Positions 24,679 to 36,297 are shown, numbered from the whole stretch's first letter. The stretch: 54,860 bases of DNA, filler included, from Bipalium vagum (GCA_037834085.1; 3 parts of 3 records of this genome joined end to end with filler, not necessarily neighbours in it), one strand, 5' to 3'. Made by a program: numbers and translations. Notes: a model not told the origin generated them from the letters alone.

Positions 24679-24995
24679 ATGATCGCAGCTACTTTAAAAA
24701 CATTATTTGTTTTGAGCTTTTTGTTAAGTTTACCTAAACTATTGGATGCAGGAGTGGGCGGTGTTTTGGGCTATGGAATTTGTCAGAGTGCTTGCAACGC
24801 AGGTTATGTGACTTGCTTGGCTCCCACTGGTTTCGTAGCAGGTATCAGTATATTTAAATATTCGATTTCTATTGTCCATTTTTAGGAACCTTTACCCTTG
24901 GAGCTGGAATTCCCGCGGCAGTCTTTGGTTGTTGTGCAGCCCAAGGCTTATGCATGGCAGCTTGCGCCGCATTCGCATTGAATCCAGCTACATAA
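24679..24995 (+). CDS. Secreted Gly/Ala/Cys-rich hairpin peptide, copy 1 (90 aa; exons 24679-24841 and 24886-24995)
   Basis: A 44-bp GT-AG phase-1 intron gives MIAATLKTLFVLSFLLSLPKLLDA|GVGGVLGYGICQSACNAGYVTCLAPTGFVAGTFTLGAGIPAAVFGCCAAQGLCMAACAAFALNPAT*. Signal-peptide-like N-terminus, TATA upstream, AATAAA at 25117-25122. Confidence 0.92.
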
Positions 24996-25916
24996 AATTG
25001 GATATTATCTTCATTCGTGGAAATCATTTTTGTACAGACATTTTCATTTTTTGTTCGAAGATATTTTATGTCATGTGTATAAAGGTCCTTGATAATTGTA
25101 TTTTATAAAATTTTTCAATAAAAATTTCGTTCTCAATTTTATTTATTCCTATTTTTGAAACAGGTCTATAATATAGGTCTATATCCAAAGTTTGTCATAT
25201 ACCTTACTATAAAAGGAATATGGTCTTATCGAACCTTCCGTTGAACATTAACATTGAATCGTTTTTCAGTTCACCTCCACTACCTGAATAATTCACTGAA
25301 AATAATTTATCTAAAACTAAAATTTTAAAATACCTCTTACTTATTTATAATTAATACCCTTAACCTATAACATGACTTTTATTATATATTATTACTAAAC
25401 AAATTAAAGATTAGAGAAAGAAGGCAGTAGTTTATAGTCTGCATATCCGACAACCAATTGTGTTTTTACTCTCGTTTTTTAAATCCATAATTGTCGCAAT
25501 AAAATTCTCACTCAAAAAATATTTTTGAGGAGAATAAACAAGAATATTGATTTTCTCAAAATTCACAATAAATAAAAAAACTATATTAATATAATAAAAT
25601 GGAAAAGTCAAAATAATATTAAAAACATTAAGTAACAAAAACATGTTTTTAAAAAATTTTAGGCATTTACTTCCCTAAGGTCAACAAAAAAAAAGATTAA
25701 CAGATTTAAATTATGCAGAAATTTCAAGAATAAATAACACTTCCACAAAATATTTATTTTCGAATATTNNNNNNNNNNNNNNNNNNNNNNNNNNNNNNNN
25801 NNNNNNNNNNNNNNNNNNNNNNNNNNNNNNNNNNNNNNNNNNNNNNNNNNNNNNNNNNNNNNNNNNNNNNNNNNNNNNNNNNNNNNNNNNNNNNNNNNNN
25901 NNNNNNNNNNNNNNNN

Positions 25917-26320
25917 TATTCAAATAAACATTGGGTTGAATCACTCCAACCATCAACTTCGACTGCCAAGCAAAATATTAGTTCGAAGAAGGGTTTGTTA
26001 TGTATCTTGTGAGACCAGAAATGAGTTATTAAACAATGGTGAAACGATCAACGCCAGTCGTTATACATAACAACTGATTCAAATGAACATGGCATTGAAG
26101 CAGAAACGACCAGAATAGGACAAGAGGCATAGGAAATTTATTCTATTACATGACAATGCCAAACCTCAAGTAGCAAATTCAGTCAAGGATACGTGGAAAG
26201 AACTTGGATTTGAAGTCTTATCTCATTCGTCATGTTCGTCAGACATGGCGATATCTAATTTCCATTCATTCAGATCGATGGCACATGGACTGTCAGAACG
26301 GTCCTTTGACAAATATATTT
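25917..26320 (+). mobile_element. Mariner (Mos1/mauritiana-like) transposase remnant
   Basis: WVESLQPSTSTAKQNI…ELLNNGETINASRY…LKQKRPE…FILLHDNAKPQVA…FEVLSHSSCSSDMAISNFHSFRSMAHGLSE. Confidence 0.9.
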
Positions 26321-27991
26321 GACAAAAATATATTAAACAAAATAGGCTATCATATATATGTTTTTAATTCTTAATTTCTTTGCGAACTTAATTTTAAAAC
26401 AATTAATAAATTCTCACTATTTTGTGGAGACCGAATTGATATTGTATTTTTTAACAATTAATAGATTTTTTAAATATATCAAACCCATTGGCTTTTAGGT
26501 GATTGTATGAAATGAGATCAATTAAATAAGTTCCAGGAAATATAATATTTCTTTTTTGGGACCTCAAATACTGCGCTCCAAGAATTTTTCAATTCGAAAT
26601 CAATGAAATCTTATAAAGATGACATCATGAAACTATTTTATTCCACATTGTGGACAACAATATGGCCGTTGTATTTAATTGATGAACCTGTTCTGTGTCA
26701 TTTTTTGTTGTTTAACGTTTTCTGATATAAAACGACATTACACCTGTCGACGACATAACGTTACTTTGATACGGATGAAAGTATGAAAAAATATTATAAT
26801 GATAAAAATAAAAGATAAAAATATATATCTCCTAAGATAATTTTGTCCAATAATTAAATCTGACTTCTCAACAATTTTCGCAATGAAATTCGCTGTCTAT
26901 TTTTTATGACTGTTGTAAATGTTTTTGCTTGAGTGATTTATACATCATCTAATTATTGATTTATTTTTTTGTTGATAAACATTTTTTTAAAAACCCCAAC
27001 CCTTCCCTGATTTTCTATTTCATCTATATGAAATAGATTTCCAGAATCGTTTATGGTAATTTATCCCAACCGATTATGAAACAATAATCCCCAATAGTCT
27101 CATAATAGAGATGAATGTGTAAAATTGCTTTGAAAGATTACACTTTCAATCTGGTAATGCAGCTGGTTTTTGTTTTCCCATTTTCTGAAATGAGAATTTG
27201 TCCATTGTTTTAAAATCTCTGTCAATATTTAACATGTGGCAGATATCAATTTGAGATAGTTATGGACATTTCCTGGAGGGTAGCTGATATCGTTAATGAG
27301 GAGAATGGCAGCAGTGATGATGATAGTGATGAAGGGCAATAGAATTTATCATAATTTGATCAATTATTCAGATAGGTAGAAGTTCTACTTGATGATAATA
27401 TCCGTTTTTATTTAGCAGGCCAACTGTAGATAAGGGTCAAATGCAAAAAATATCTATCTATCAAAAAATACTTGTAAATTTCACTTGTGAGCTAAACTGT
27501 CATAAATAATTATAATAATAATAATAATGTTATCATTATTAAGTTTTTGTCAGACTGCATTTCTCCAGTCTCATCATCTCTGTTGGCAGCTTAACTGTCA
27601 TTGTAAGCCAGAGAAATGATAAAAAAATCCTAAAGTTTTCCAACTCTTCGAAAACAAAATCAAAATGTGTTTTGAGAAATGATATTAATAACATGGTTTC
27701 ATTTTAGAATATAAATTAATAAAAATATTTTTTGACAATAAATGAAACATTAGGTTTTTTAAAAATGGACGTCTGTTTTTATAAATATAATTTATTTAAT
27801 GTTATTTTGAGATACATTTTTGTTGTTTTAATAAATATTATATCTTTTTAAAGTTTTAAATTTAAATTCTATTTCTGTAACCATTCCATTATTATTTATT
27901 TTAGAACAACTTTAATATGAATTTTTAATGATATTATTATTATTATAAATATTTTCATAAAAATTGTTGTTTCATTAAACCTATATTATTA

Positions 27992-28260
27992 TTAGGTCTG
28001 CAACTATGACTGTGCCCTTTTTATAGAAAATTAAAGTCTCAATAATAAAATAATGAAGAATGTTGTTTCGTCGGCATAAAATTGTCTATTTTGAAGTCTA
28101 TTAATTAATAAAACTAATCAATAAACAAATATATATCATACAGATTTTAAATCCTTAATTATTCAGCTTTCAAATGAAATATAAATCGTTTTAATCCGTT
28201 AAAAAGTGGACACTCTATTGGCTGCGGAATAAAAGAGCACATTCATAGTTGTAGACCTAA
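27992..28260. mobile_element. Mariner-type MITE, 269 bp, with ~32-bp TIRs and TA target-site duplication
   Basis: Left TTAGGTCTGCAACTATGACTGTGCCCTTTTTAT; right (reverse complement) TTAGGTCTACAACTATGAATGTGCTCTTTTAT; TA at 27990-27991 and 28261-28262. No coding capacity. Confidence 0.9.
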
Positions 28261-29084
28261 TATCTTATTATATTAAACATAAATTTGTATATAAGAACAA
28301 TATACTGATAATAATAATAATATTATTATTATTACTATTATTTATATAATTTTAAAAAATATTAATAGTTAAAAAAACAGACATAATACTGGTTTACATA
28401 AAAAAGTAATTAGTATAAATAAAAACAACTTTAAAGGTAACAGATTGTAAAAACAGTATTAAGAAGTTGTTTGGAAAAAAATTTCCAATTTTTATTTTTA
28501 TATATTATTATGATAATATTAATTTTATACTTATTATACTACACGTTATATTACTATAGTATAATAAAACCTTGAAAAAGGAAAGAGATCAATATAATAT
28601 AATGATCTAAAGAACACTTATCACTAGCAAATCATTGTTAAAGTTTTACTGTCAGCCAGGTATGTTGAATAAATTTCAAAATTCATTTATTTTATGAATA
28701 TATTTTATTTATTATTTAAAAATAAATTGTATTTATTTAAAAATAATTTCAATTTAATTATTATATAATTTTTTATAAATTATATTTTTTCAATTTATAT
28801 TTTACCATTGTTTGAAAAATCAGACCCCTCCCTTCGGAAAGCCGTCGAAAGTTGATCTGATCCATTTAAAAAATAATACCTGTAGATATTATTTTGTCAA
28901 TGAATCAAATATGAAAATCGAAAAATTTACTGAATTATATTATATATAAATATAAAAATATTATTTCGTCACTTTATCAACATTAATAATAAATATTGAA
29001 ATGAGGAGGGATGAGAGCAAAATTAATTTTTATTGAAATTAATTAAAATATAAACAAATAAATATAAATATTGTAATGGGTACA

Positions 29085-30137
29085 TCAAGATACATTTCTG
29101 GGAGAAAGATGATCGTCGGTATTAATGATTTTATACATGGTCAAATAGGCAATCAATAGTTCGATTGTTATGGCTCTGAGGACAAATTTTCCCAAATGCA
29201 AATAATTGTAGACATAACCCCTTATGGCGCTATTGTTGAACAGGTAGATGGAAAAGGATCGAGAGAACTTTTCCAAATTTCTTGTCAGATCAAAACTGAT
29301 ATTGATGACCGTGATGACCACGAAAATGACGGTAAGAAATTTGTTGATTATTCGCCTGTTGGACTCCATTCTCATCGTTCGGTTGATGTACTCAGCCGTA
29401 TTCTGGGACTTGAAAATACGTAAACCGACGCTAACTGACGGGCCGGAAAAGTTTCCAGTTTTTCTTCGATTGAAAACCAAATAAAAGAAAATGGACAACA
29501 TTAAAAATACGCTTATGATCTGAGGAAAAAGAATTTCGAAAAGGATTTCGATTTTGACAATGAGTTTATAATAGATCTCCTGATACTCCACCAATACCAG
29601 ACATGTCTTGTCTGGCATCTCCGGAGGTTTCAGCCAGCCAAACATCCACAAATAGTTGCAAAGGGCTGACAGAGACAGTATGAAAAACAATGCCGTACCA
29701 ATTTTCAGTCTGAATACTGCAAAATAACGTTTGGATTTCTCTTTGAATATAATGGTAAAGGCCCTTTCAATAGCCAAGCAAGTAACCATCCATTCGTTGA
29801 GAAGAAGTCCAGAATGGGATAGGAAATTGAACAACTTACATAAAAAGTTGGAAATCAAGTTCCATCCTTCCAGATAGTGCCATATTTCTGTAAAGTTTAA
29901 AATCCAAGTAAGAAGTCCGGAAACAAATAAATTAAATACATCGATAAAAGAGATACATCTTATGAGATAAATACCACCGATTTTTCGATTTATTAACATT
30001 AATTGTCGTAATTGAACGATAATGATTACATTTATGATACAACCAAGAACAAAAAATGACAATATAAAATAATAACCAAAGATATATAATAGGTTTTCTA
30101 TATCATTGTTAGTTTTATTTTGGAAGCTGACATTCAT
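29085..30137 (-). CDS. Intronless rhodopsin-class (class A) GPCR, peptide-receptor-like orphan
   Basis: 350-aa ORF with seven hydrophobic segments and N-terminal N-glycosylation sequons. TM1 GxxxN (GCIIN), TM2 ISFID, TM3 CK…LAIERA (E/DRY-like), ECL2 Cys, TM5 Pro. Confidence 0.9.
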   Translation of the reverse strand: MNVSFQNKTNNDIENLLYIFGYYFILSFFVLGCIINVIIIVQLRQLMLINRKIGGIYLIRCISFIDVFNLFVSGLLTWILNFTEIWHYLEGWNLISNFLCKLFNFLSHSGLLLNEWMVTCLAIERAFTIIFKEKSKRYFAVFRLKIGTALFFILSLSALCNYLWMFGWLKPPEMPDKTCLVLVEYQEIYYKLIVKIEILFEILFPQIISVFLMLSIFFYLVFNRRKTGNFSGPSVSVGLRIFKSQNTAEYINRTMRMESNRRIINKFLTVIFVVITVINISFDLTRNLEKFSRSFSIYLFNNSAIRGYVYNYLHLGKFVLRAITIELLIAYLTMYKIINTDDHLSPRNVS

Positions 30138-30548
30138 TGTGATAAAAATAAGGAGAAAAATTATTACTTGAAATTATTCGTTTATTGAGCCAATAAAAAA
30201 TCAGTTTTTATTTTTCATTTTGTCAAATATGATTGGTCAAAAAAATTTCATTCAAAATTATATTCTGTTAGAAAAAGCTTACTAATTGTTTGTGTTACCG
30301 TAGAAAGTGAAAAACAACAGAGAAAAGAAAAAAGGTATAACAATACATTACTAGAATAAATTTATATACAAAATTTGAAACAGTGGATCAGGTTGAGCAG
30401 GTTTTACGTGAATTTTTTACCTTCAAAAACAAAGAAGGATATTTTCATAAAATTCGACAATTTAGTAGAGATTTGGTATGAGGTCGTTTAAAACAAAGAC
30501 GTATATTTAGAAGATAATCACCTTTTGCTCTCCTTTTATGTACATGTA

Positions 30549-31510
30549 CAGTCCTCGTAAAAAGTCTGTTCATCCCTATAAGAAATGTAACTTTTAATGG
30601 AAATGAATAAGTTCAAACTTGAAATTTATTAAATAAGTAAGTACTTAATAGTTTTAATATTTAGTAGGATATCCTTCAGATGTTTTGACCAATTCCAATA
30701 TTTTTGGCATGGAGGACACAGTCTTCTTGCATAGATCTGGATTAATTTTGTACCATTCATCTTGAACTGTCTTCCATAATTCTTCAGCAGAGTTGTGTAG
30801 CACTTTTGAAACTTTTCTTTTCAGGATACCACCGATATTTTCGATGGGATTCGTGTCAGGAGAATTACCTGGCTAGGATAAGACATCAATATTTTTATTT
30901 TTTTAAGAAAGACTGGGTTTTTTGACTCTTTGTGATGGAACCAAATCATGTAGAAAGACAAACACGGTTTTTGAGAATTCTAAGCATTTTCCAATCATAT
31001 TTATGTCCTGAAGAATCTCTTTTTGATATTTCTCGGTATTCATATTACCATTGTATCTTTAAAAGTTCAACTCCAGTACTGTTGAAGCAGCCTCAGACAT
31101 ATATATGTGTGCCATGTTTTAAAACTGGTTGCACAGTCATCTTTAATGTTAGATTCATCTAATCAATAATTTACTTGAGGACGAATATGATTGAAATATG
31201 TACTCGTCCCTAAATATAACAGCTCTCCATTTGATATAAGCCTTGGTCCAGGTAACTCTTTTCATACGTTGATTTAATTTTATAAATGGCTTCTGAGTTG
31301 CTGAATATCTTCTCAAATCGTAATTTTTGAGGCTTTTTTGAACAGTATTGGTAGAAACACGTTGGCCAGCATTAGTGTTGTACGTACAAGTTAATCTATA
31401 TCCACAAATAATAAGCGATTGCTTTAGTAAATGTGTGTTATAGCCCGTGGATCTATGGTTATACAATTGGTAATTAAGTAACAAAAGTTCATTTGTATCC
31501 AAAAACACAT
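30549..31510 (-). mobile_element. Decayed Tc1 (DD34E) element
   Basis: TA-CAGT terminus at 30547-30552. Minus-strand fragments KPFIKLNQRMKRVTWTK…WRAVIFRDE, KHGTHIYV*GCF, PGNSPDTNPIEN, EWYKINPDLCKKTVSSMP…GYPTKY*. Confidence 0.88.
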
Positions 31511-31559
31511 ATATCATAACTTTTCATACTGATGAAACCATCTTGATCTTTTTTGTTAC

Positions 31560-32050
31560 GTTTTAACAAGCTTCTATCCACTTCTTAGATTATACTTATG
31601 TGCAGTGGAGGATCCATATTTCATCCATAATAACTAAAAGGAGAATAAAATATGATTTATTATCATTAAATTGATCCAGACATGATTGAGAAACATTGCA
31701 TGCAATTTCATCGACTGTTAGAAGATATGCACCCATCTTTTAAAAATTATTTTCATCTTTAAATCTTCATGCAAAATATACCAAACTCGGTCAACTGAAA
31801 TGCCTGTGGCAGAATCTTTTTCACTCAATTTTATCCAATGATCATCTATAACCATACCATAAATAATTTTTTGTGTTGAGACATTTTTTAGGCATAGGGG
31901 ATCTTCAATCATTGTATGACCATTTACATATTACAATTCATCTTTTTTATTGAAAAAGAAGGAGCATCACTTTGCGTGGATATCTGTTGCGGATAATTCT
32001 TCCAAGTGAAAGAATTTTATTAATTTAATATATGATAGAACAGATATTCC
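31560..32050 (-). mobile_element. Mariner transposase remnant
   Basis: GISVDRVWYILHEDLKMKIIFKRWVHIF (HTH plus WVPH-like) followed by LVIMDEIWI. Confidence 0.75.
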
Positions 32051-33416
32051 AATTGGTCTAATATGTTAATATTTCAAAATTTTTGAATCTAAGCATGTTA
32101 ACATTTATTATTTATTATTTTATATAGAACAAGTGCTGCAGAAGACTACCAGATGCTTTGTGAGGTTTTAGAAAAACATGGTACATGTGAGCATTAGTTT
32201 AAGCGCTTCAGGAATAACGATTTCATTGTTCAGGCTGTCGTTAAGAATAAATGTATAACATAACAGAATATTATAATAAAATAATTAAATTAAAATCAAT
32301 AATACCAAAGTAATTATTTTTATTGGTGATCGATTTCTAATGTGATTACCATTCATTATTGATGGACATTCACAAATGAATTCGATATTTCAACGTATAC
32401 TTTTCTTTCATTAGACTTTGATCTGGAAAAATAAGCATTAGATGAAAATAGCGTAAAAATGGTTTCTCCAGAAGGTATATATATATACCATTTAAAAGGA
32501 ATTCCATTAATAACAGTAACAGTTTGACAGGCAAAAATTCATTAACCTTTGAACTGCTACCTAATTCTTGCCGGTATACACAAAATGTAAACACAGAAAG
32601 AGACCAAGAGCACATTTTAACACGAATTAAATTATAATGAAATTCTTAATGAAATCACATATAGCTTCAATCACCCTGACCATTTTCCCTTTCTCCTTAA
32701 ATCAGCCTTTTATTTTATGAAACTATGAAGTTTATTCTAAATCTTCCTCGTTATATTCAACAGGATAAATTCCTTTACTTTGGAAAAGTCCATGGAGGAT
32801 TGGTATAGTTTTTCTTTAGCATTTCAAATTGAAAAGTATTTTTCTTCTTTGATCAATTTGGAAACACATTATTTAATCAATCAAGCATAAAAAATCCCAA
32901 TTCCAATTCATAGTTGAACACTGTCAAATTTTATTGGTGCAAATTTACATTTTGTGAATATTTCCAATTTTCATTTGCCTCTGACAATGAGCAAAAAGGT
33001 TCTGGCAACTTTATAAGAAGCACTCCCAATTTCCCAATCTTCCCAGAATGTAAGATCACCAATCTATAATTAATAGATAAAAATAACATATGTGGACTAC
33101 ATAATTGTAAAGTTTAATTAGATTTTTGGTAAAATTCTTTTTAAAAATTAAATAAAATGAAGAAATATTCCAGAAAGAATTTTCATTATCATCATAATTG
33201 ACAGGTATTGGTTTTAATTACCAAATTTTGTTAATTTTAGAACTTTAGAAAACCAAAGAATATTGTTGAATACGAAGGTCAAGTTTATTACCCTTCTGGT
33301 TAAATAATTGAATATTGAATATCATTTCAGATCACTTAATATAATGGAACCCTTCTCAAGAGGTAAGATAAATAAAGGGATTTAGGTATAAAAATATTTT
33401 AACCTTTTTAAAAAAT

Positions 33417-33654
33417 TTTTTAGTAACAAATATTTTAATGAAAGCGCGGTTCTCAATTTAGACACTCAATTGTTATTTTTTTAACATCTTGATCAAAAAG
33501 TCTATTTAGATTACTATTATTATTATTTTATATATTTAGACAAAATATAAATATAATTAGACTTTTTATTTAGGCTTTCAAAATATTGAACAATGTTACT
33601 TGTGTTACAAAACATCAAATCAGGATTTTCCATAAAAATATTTGTTACTAAAAA
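33417..33654. repeat. Inverted repeat (foldback/MITE-like) upstream of peptide gene copy 2
   Basis: TTTTTAGTAACAAATATTTTAATGAAA (33417-33443) is the near-perfect reverse complement of TTTCCATAAAAATATTTGTTACTAAAAA (33627-33654). Weaker pairing continues inward. Confidence 0.7.
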
Positions 33655-33729
33655 TATCTGTTCTATTTTTAGAATTGGTAAACCACGAAATTCAGTATAA
33701 AAGGGAGGCGAATTATTTTCTTTATAACT

Positions 33730-34046
33730 ATGATCGCAGCTACTTTGAAAATATTATTTGTTTTGAGCTTTCTGTTAAGTTTACCTAAACTATTGGATGC
33801 AGGAGTGGGCGGTGTTTTGGGCTATGGAGTTTGTCAGAGTGCTTGCAACGCAGGTTATGTGGCTTGTTTGGCTCCCACTGGTTTCGTAGCAGGTATCAGT
33901 ATATCTAAAAATAAGATTTCTATTGTCCATTCGTAGGAACGTTTACCCTTGGAGCTGGAATTCCCGCGGCAGTATTTGGTTGTTGTGCAGCACAAGGATT
34001 ATGCATGGCAGCTTGCGCTGCATTGGCATTAAATCCAGCTACATAA
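33730..34046 (+). CDS. Secreted Gly/Ala/Cys-rich hairpin peptide, copy 2 (90 aa; exons 33730-33892 and 33937-34046)
   Basis: Same 44-bp intron. MIAATLKILFVLSFLLSLPKLLDA|GVGGVLGYGVCQSACNAGYVACLAPTGFVAGTFTLGAGIPAAVFGCCAAQGLCMAACAALALNPAT*. Four amino-acid differences from copy 1. TATA at 33696, AATAAA at 34168-34173. Confidence 0.92.
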
Positions 34047-34456
34047 AATTGGATATTATCTTCATTCGTGGAAATTATTTTTGTACAAACATTTTCATTT
34101 TTTGTACGAAACTATTTTATGTCATGTGTATAAAGGTCCTTGATAATTGTATTTTATAAAAATTCTCAATAAAAAATTTCACTTTAAATTTTTTTGTAAT
34201 TTTAAAACAGATATCAATTGATGGGTATTGCCCACTTGCCTTGAACAGATTAATTATTCTGGATGCTGAACTTTTCGCCATCTTCAGCTTCTTACTAATA
34301 GCACTTAATGAATTACCTTCTTTGTGTAATAATAAAATATTAGATCGTGTAATTGGNNNNNNNNNNNNNNNNNNNNNNNNNNNNNNNNNNNNNNNNNNNN
34401 TTAATTAATTAANNNNNNNNNNNNNNNNNNNNNNNNNNNNNNNNNNNNNNNNNNNN

Positions 34457-34524
<68 letters not shown>

Positions 34525-34580
34525 TTATTATTACTATTATTATTATTATCATAATTATTATCATAATTATTATTATAATT
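34457..34580. repeat. (ATT)n microsatellite at a contig edge
   Basis: Long TAT run that degrades rightwards, next to an N-gap. Confidence 0.95.
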
Positions 34581-35185
34581 GTTATTTATTTATTTACTGT
34601 CTATAAGATCGATTTTAAAATTTCTTAACCAAACTTAATTGCATTTAATATATTATATAATAAAAGTATATTAGTTTTATTGTGTTGGCTACTTTCTTCA
34701 CATTATCTGAAATATTATTAATGTAGCAGAAAGTTTATCTTATTTACATGTTGTAAAGTGTTTCAAGGTGAAGAGGTAATACATTATTAAATATAGAAAT
34801 AAAATTAAAAACAAATATATTACTAATTCTTCTTTAAACAGTAATAAATTTAAAATTGAAGTTTAAGTAGTGTTGTCGCCATCTTAGTTAATACCACATA
34901 ATCTATACCTTTAGAATTCATTAAGTCAAGATTGAGTATAATATTTATTTGATCTAAATAATTGGGTTTTTGAAAATTTTTTTTTTTTATTATTTATTTA
35001 AACAAATTAATTATCTAAAATTATAATAATAATAATTATTAAGATTAATTTAATTATTTAATTTTAAAAAATTTAAATTCTTTTTATTATTACTTCAACA
35101 TTTTTTCTTTGAAATATTTATAATTTTTTTTAATTTAAACAATAAATTAATCAAAAAATAAATTAAACAATAAAACAAATCCAAC

Positions 35186-36242
35186 CTTTTTGATCTTAAT
35201 TTTGTTATCGTTCATGTTTTCTTTCAATTTATCTTTGATTTTATCCTTTCTACTTGAGCTGACTAATTGTTTTTGTTCTGGACTGGAACTTGAACTTTTA
35301 GCTGGAGATGTGCTGGAAGATCGTCTTTTAGTGATTTTGGAAGTTTCTTCTTGCAGATGTTTGGCTGGAGTGCTGAGAGTGGAAGTCATGACAACGTAGT
35401 TGTAACCACCGGTATTGGAAACTGGTGAAAAGTCAATAAATTGTCTGTTGGAAATTTTGTTCGACTTAATTTTACAAGGGGAATTCGGTACGGAATACTG
35501 GTAAGTATCATCGACATTGGTACTGGAAGACAATTTACATCTACCAAATAAGGCATTTTTTATCAAAGAACTGGATCGTGCTTTGCTAGGGGAATTTTTC
35601 TCCAGACTTTGTTTCGTTGGAGAACTTTTATTACCGTATTTCGAAGGGGCGTGTATCATTTGTTTGGTATTTTGTGATTTCAATTGATTGCAATCCACGA
35701 AGATATTTTCCGTCTTTGGAGATTTATCTCTTCTTGATGGAATTTGGTTTTCAATATCATTTTTCCTTGACATAGTTTTTGACGATAATTGAGTCTTTTT
35801 TGTACGGACATTTTCTTGCTGATGAAATTGATTGGAAGGTATCTGGATGGAATCAAACGTTCTGGATCCTGCTGGAATGCAAGGAAACGAGACAGGAGAG
35901 TTTGAGAGATGATAGGAGTCAATATAGGTGTTCTGAGAATTTGAGGATTGTGAATTATTGAAACCCTGAGTGTGTCTGTCTAATGAATGATAGTTTGAAG
36001 TATTTAACAATGAGGTATTCAAGACCGCATTGTCCTTGTTGTTGAATTGACATTTTTGGTCTTTTCCATTGTTATTGTATCGTACTGGGGATAGGCTTTG
36101 AGCTCGATTTGTTTCTTCCGATACTGATCTGACCCATTCGGCAACCCTTGTAAAATTTGGCTCAACGGACGGATTGCTATACTGACTGGTTTTGTAATTG
36201 TCATTGTTATTTGTCATTTGCACATTTCTGTGCTTGGCTGAT
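35186..36242 (-). CDS. KIF26: KIF26/VAB-8-like kinesin, exon (low-complexity Ser/Asn/Lys tail)
   Basis: The acceptor 'cataaag' joins in phase 2 to the previous exon across a 55-bp intron (…RKRHK|SAKHRNVQMT…). Donor 'aag|gttgga'. Corresponds to ORF 35147..36223. Confidence 0.78.
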
Positions 36243-36297
36243 CTTTATGATAAAAGTTCAATGATTATTTGCTAGAATAATAAGATAATGAAAATAC

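Noticed and set aside
24872-25108. ORF-track ORFs 24872..25108 and 33923..34159, conserved between the two copies
   Set aside because: They are the wrong frame of exon 2 plus the 3'UTR. Substitutions are mostly synonymous in the spliced peptide frame.
25711-25969. ORFs spanning N runs (also 42994..43246)
   Set aside because: Artefacts of translating gaps.
29196-29484. Plus-strand ORFs inside the GPCR (and similar ORFs inside KIF26 exons at 35190-36204 and 49093-49353)
   Set aside because: Antisense or alternative-frame shadows of real CDSs.
32340-32430. DQSLMKEKYTLKYRIHL* as a possible KIF26 C-terminal exon
   Set aside because: Only a vague resemblance, with nearby stops and a scaffold gap separating it from the gene.
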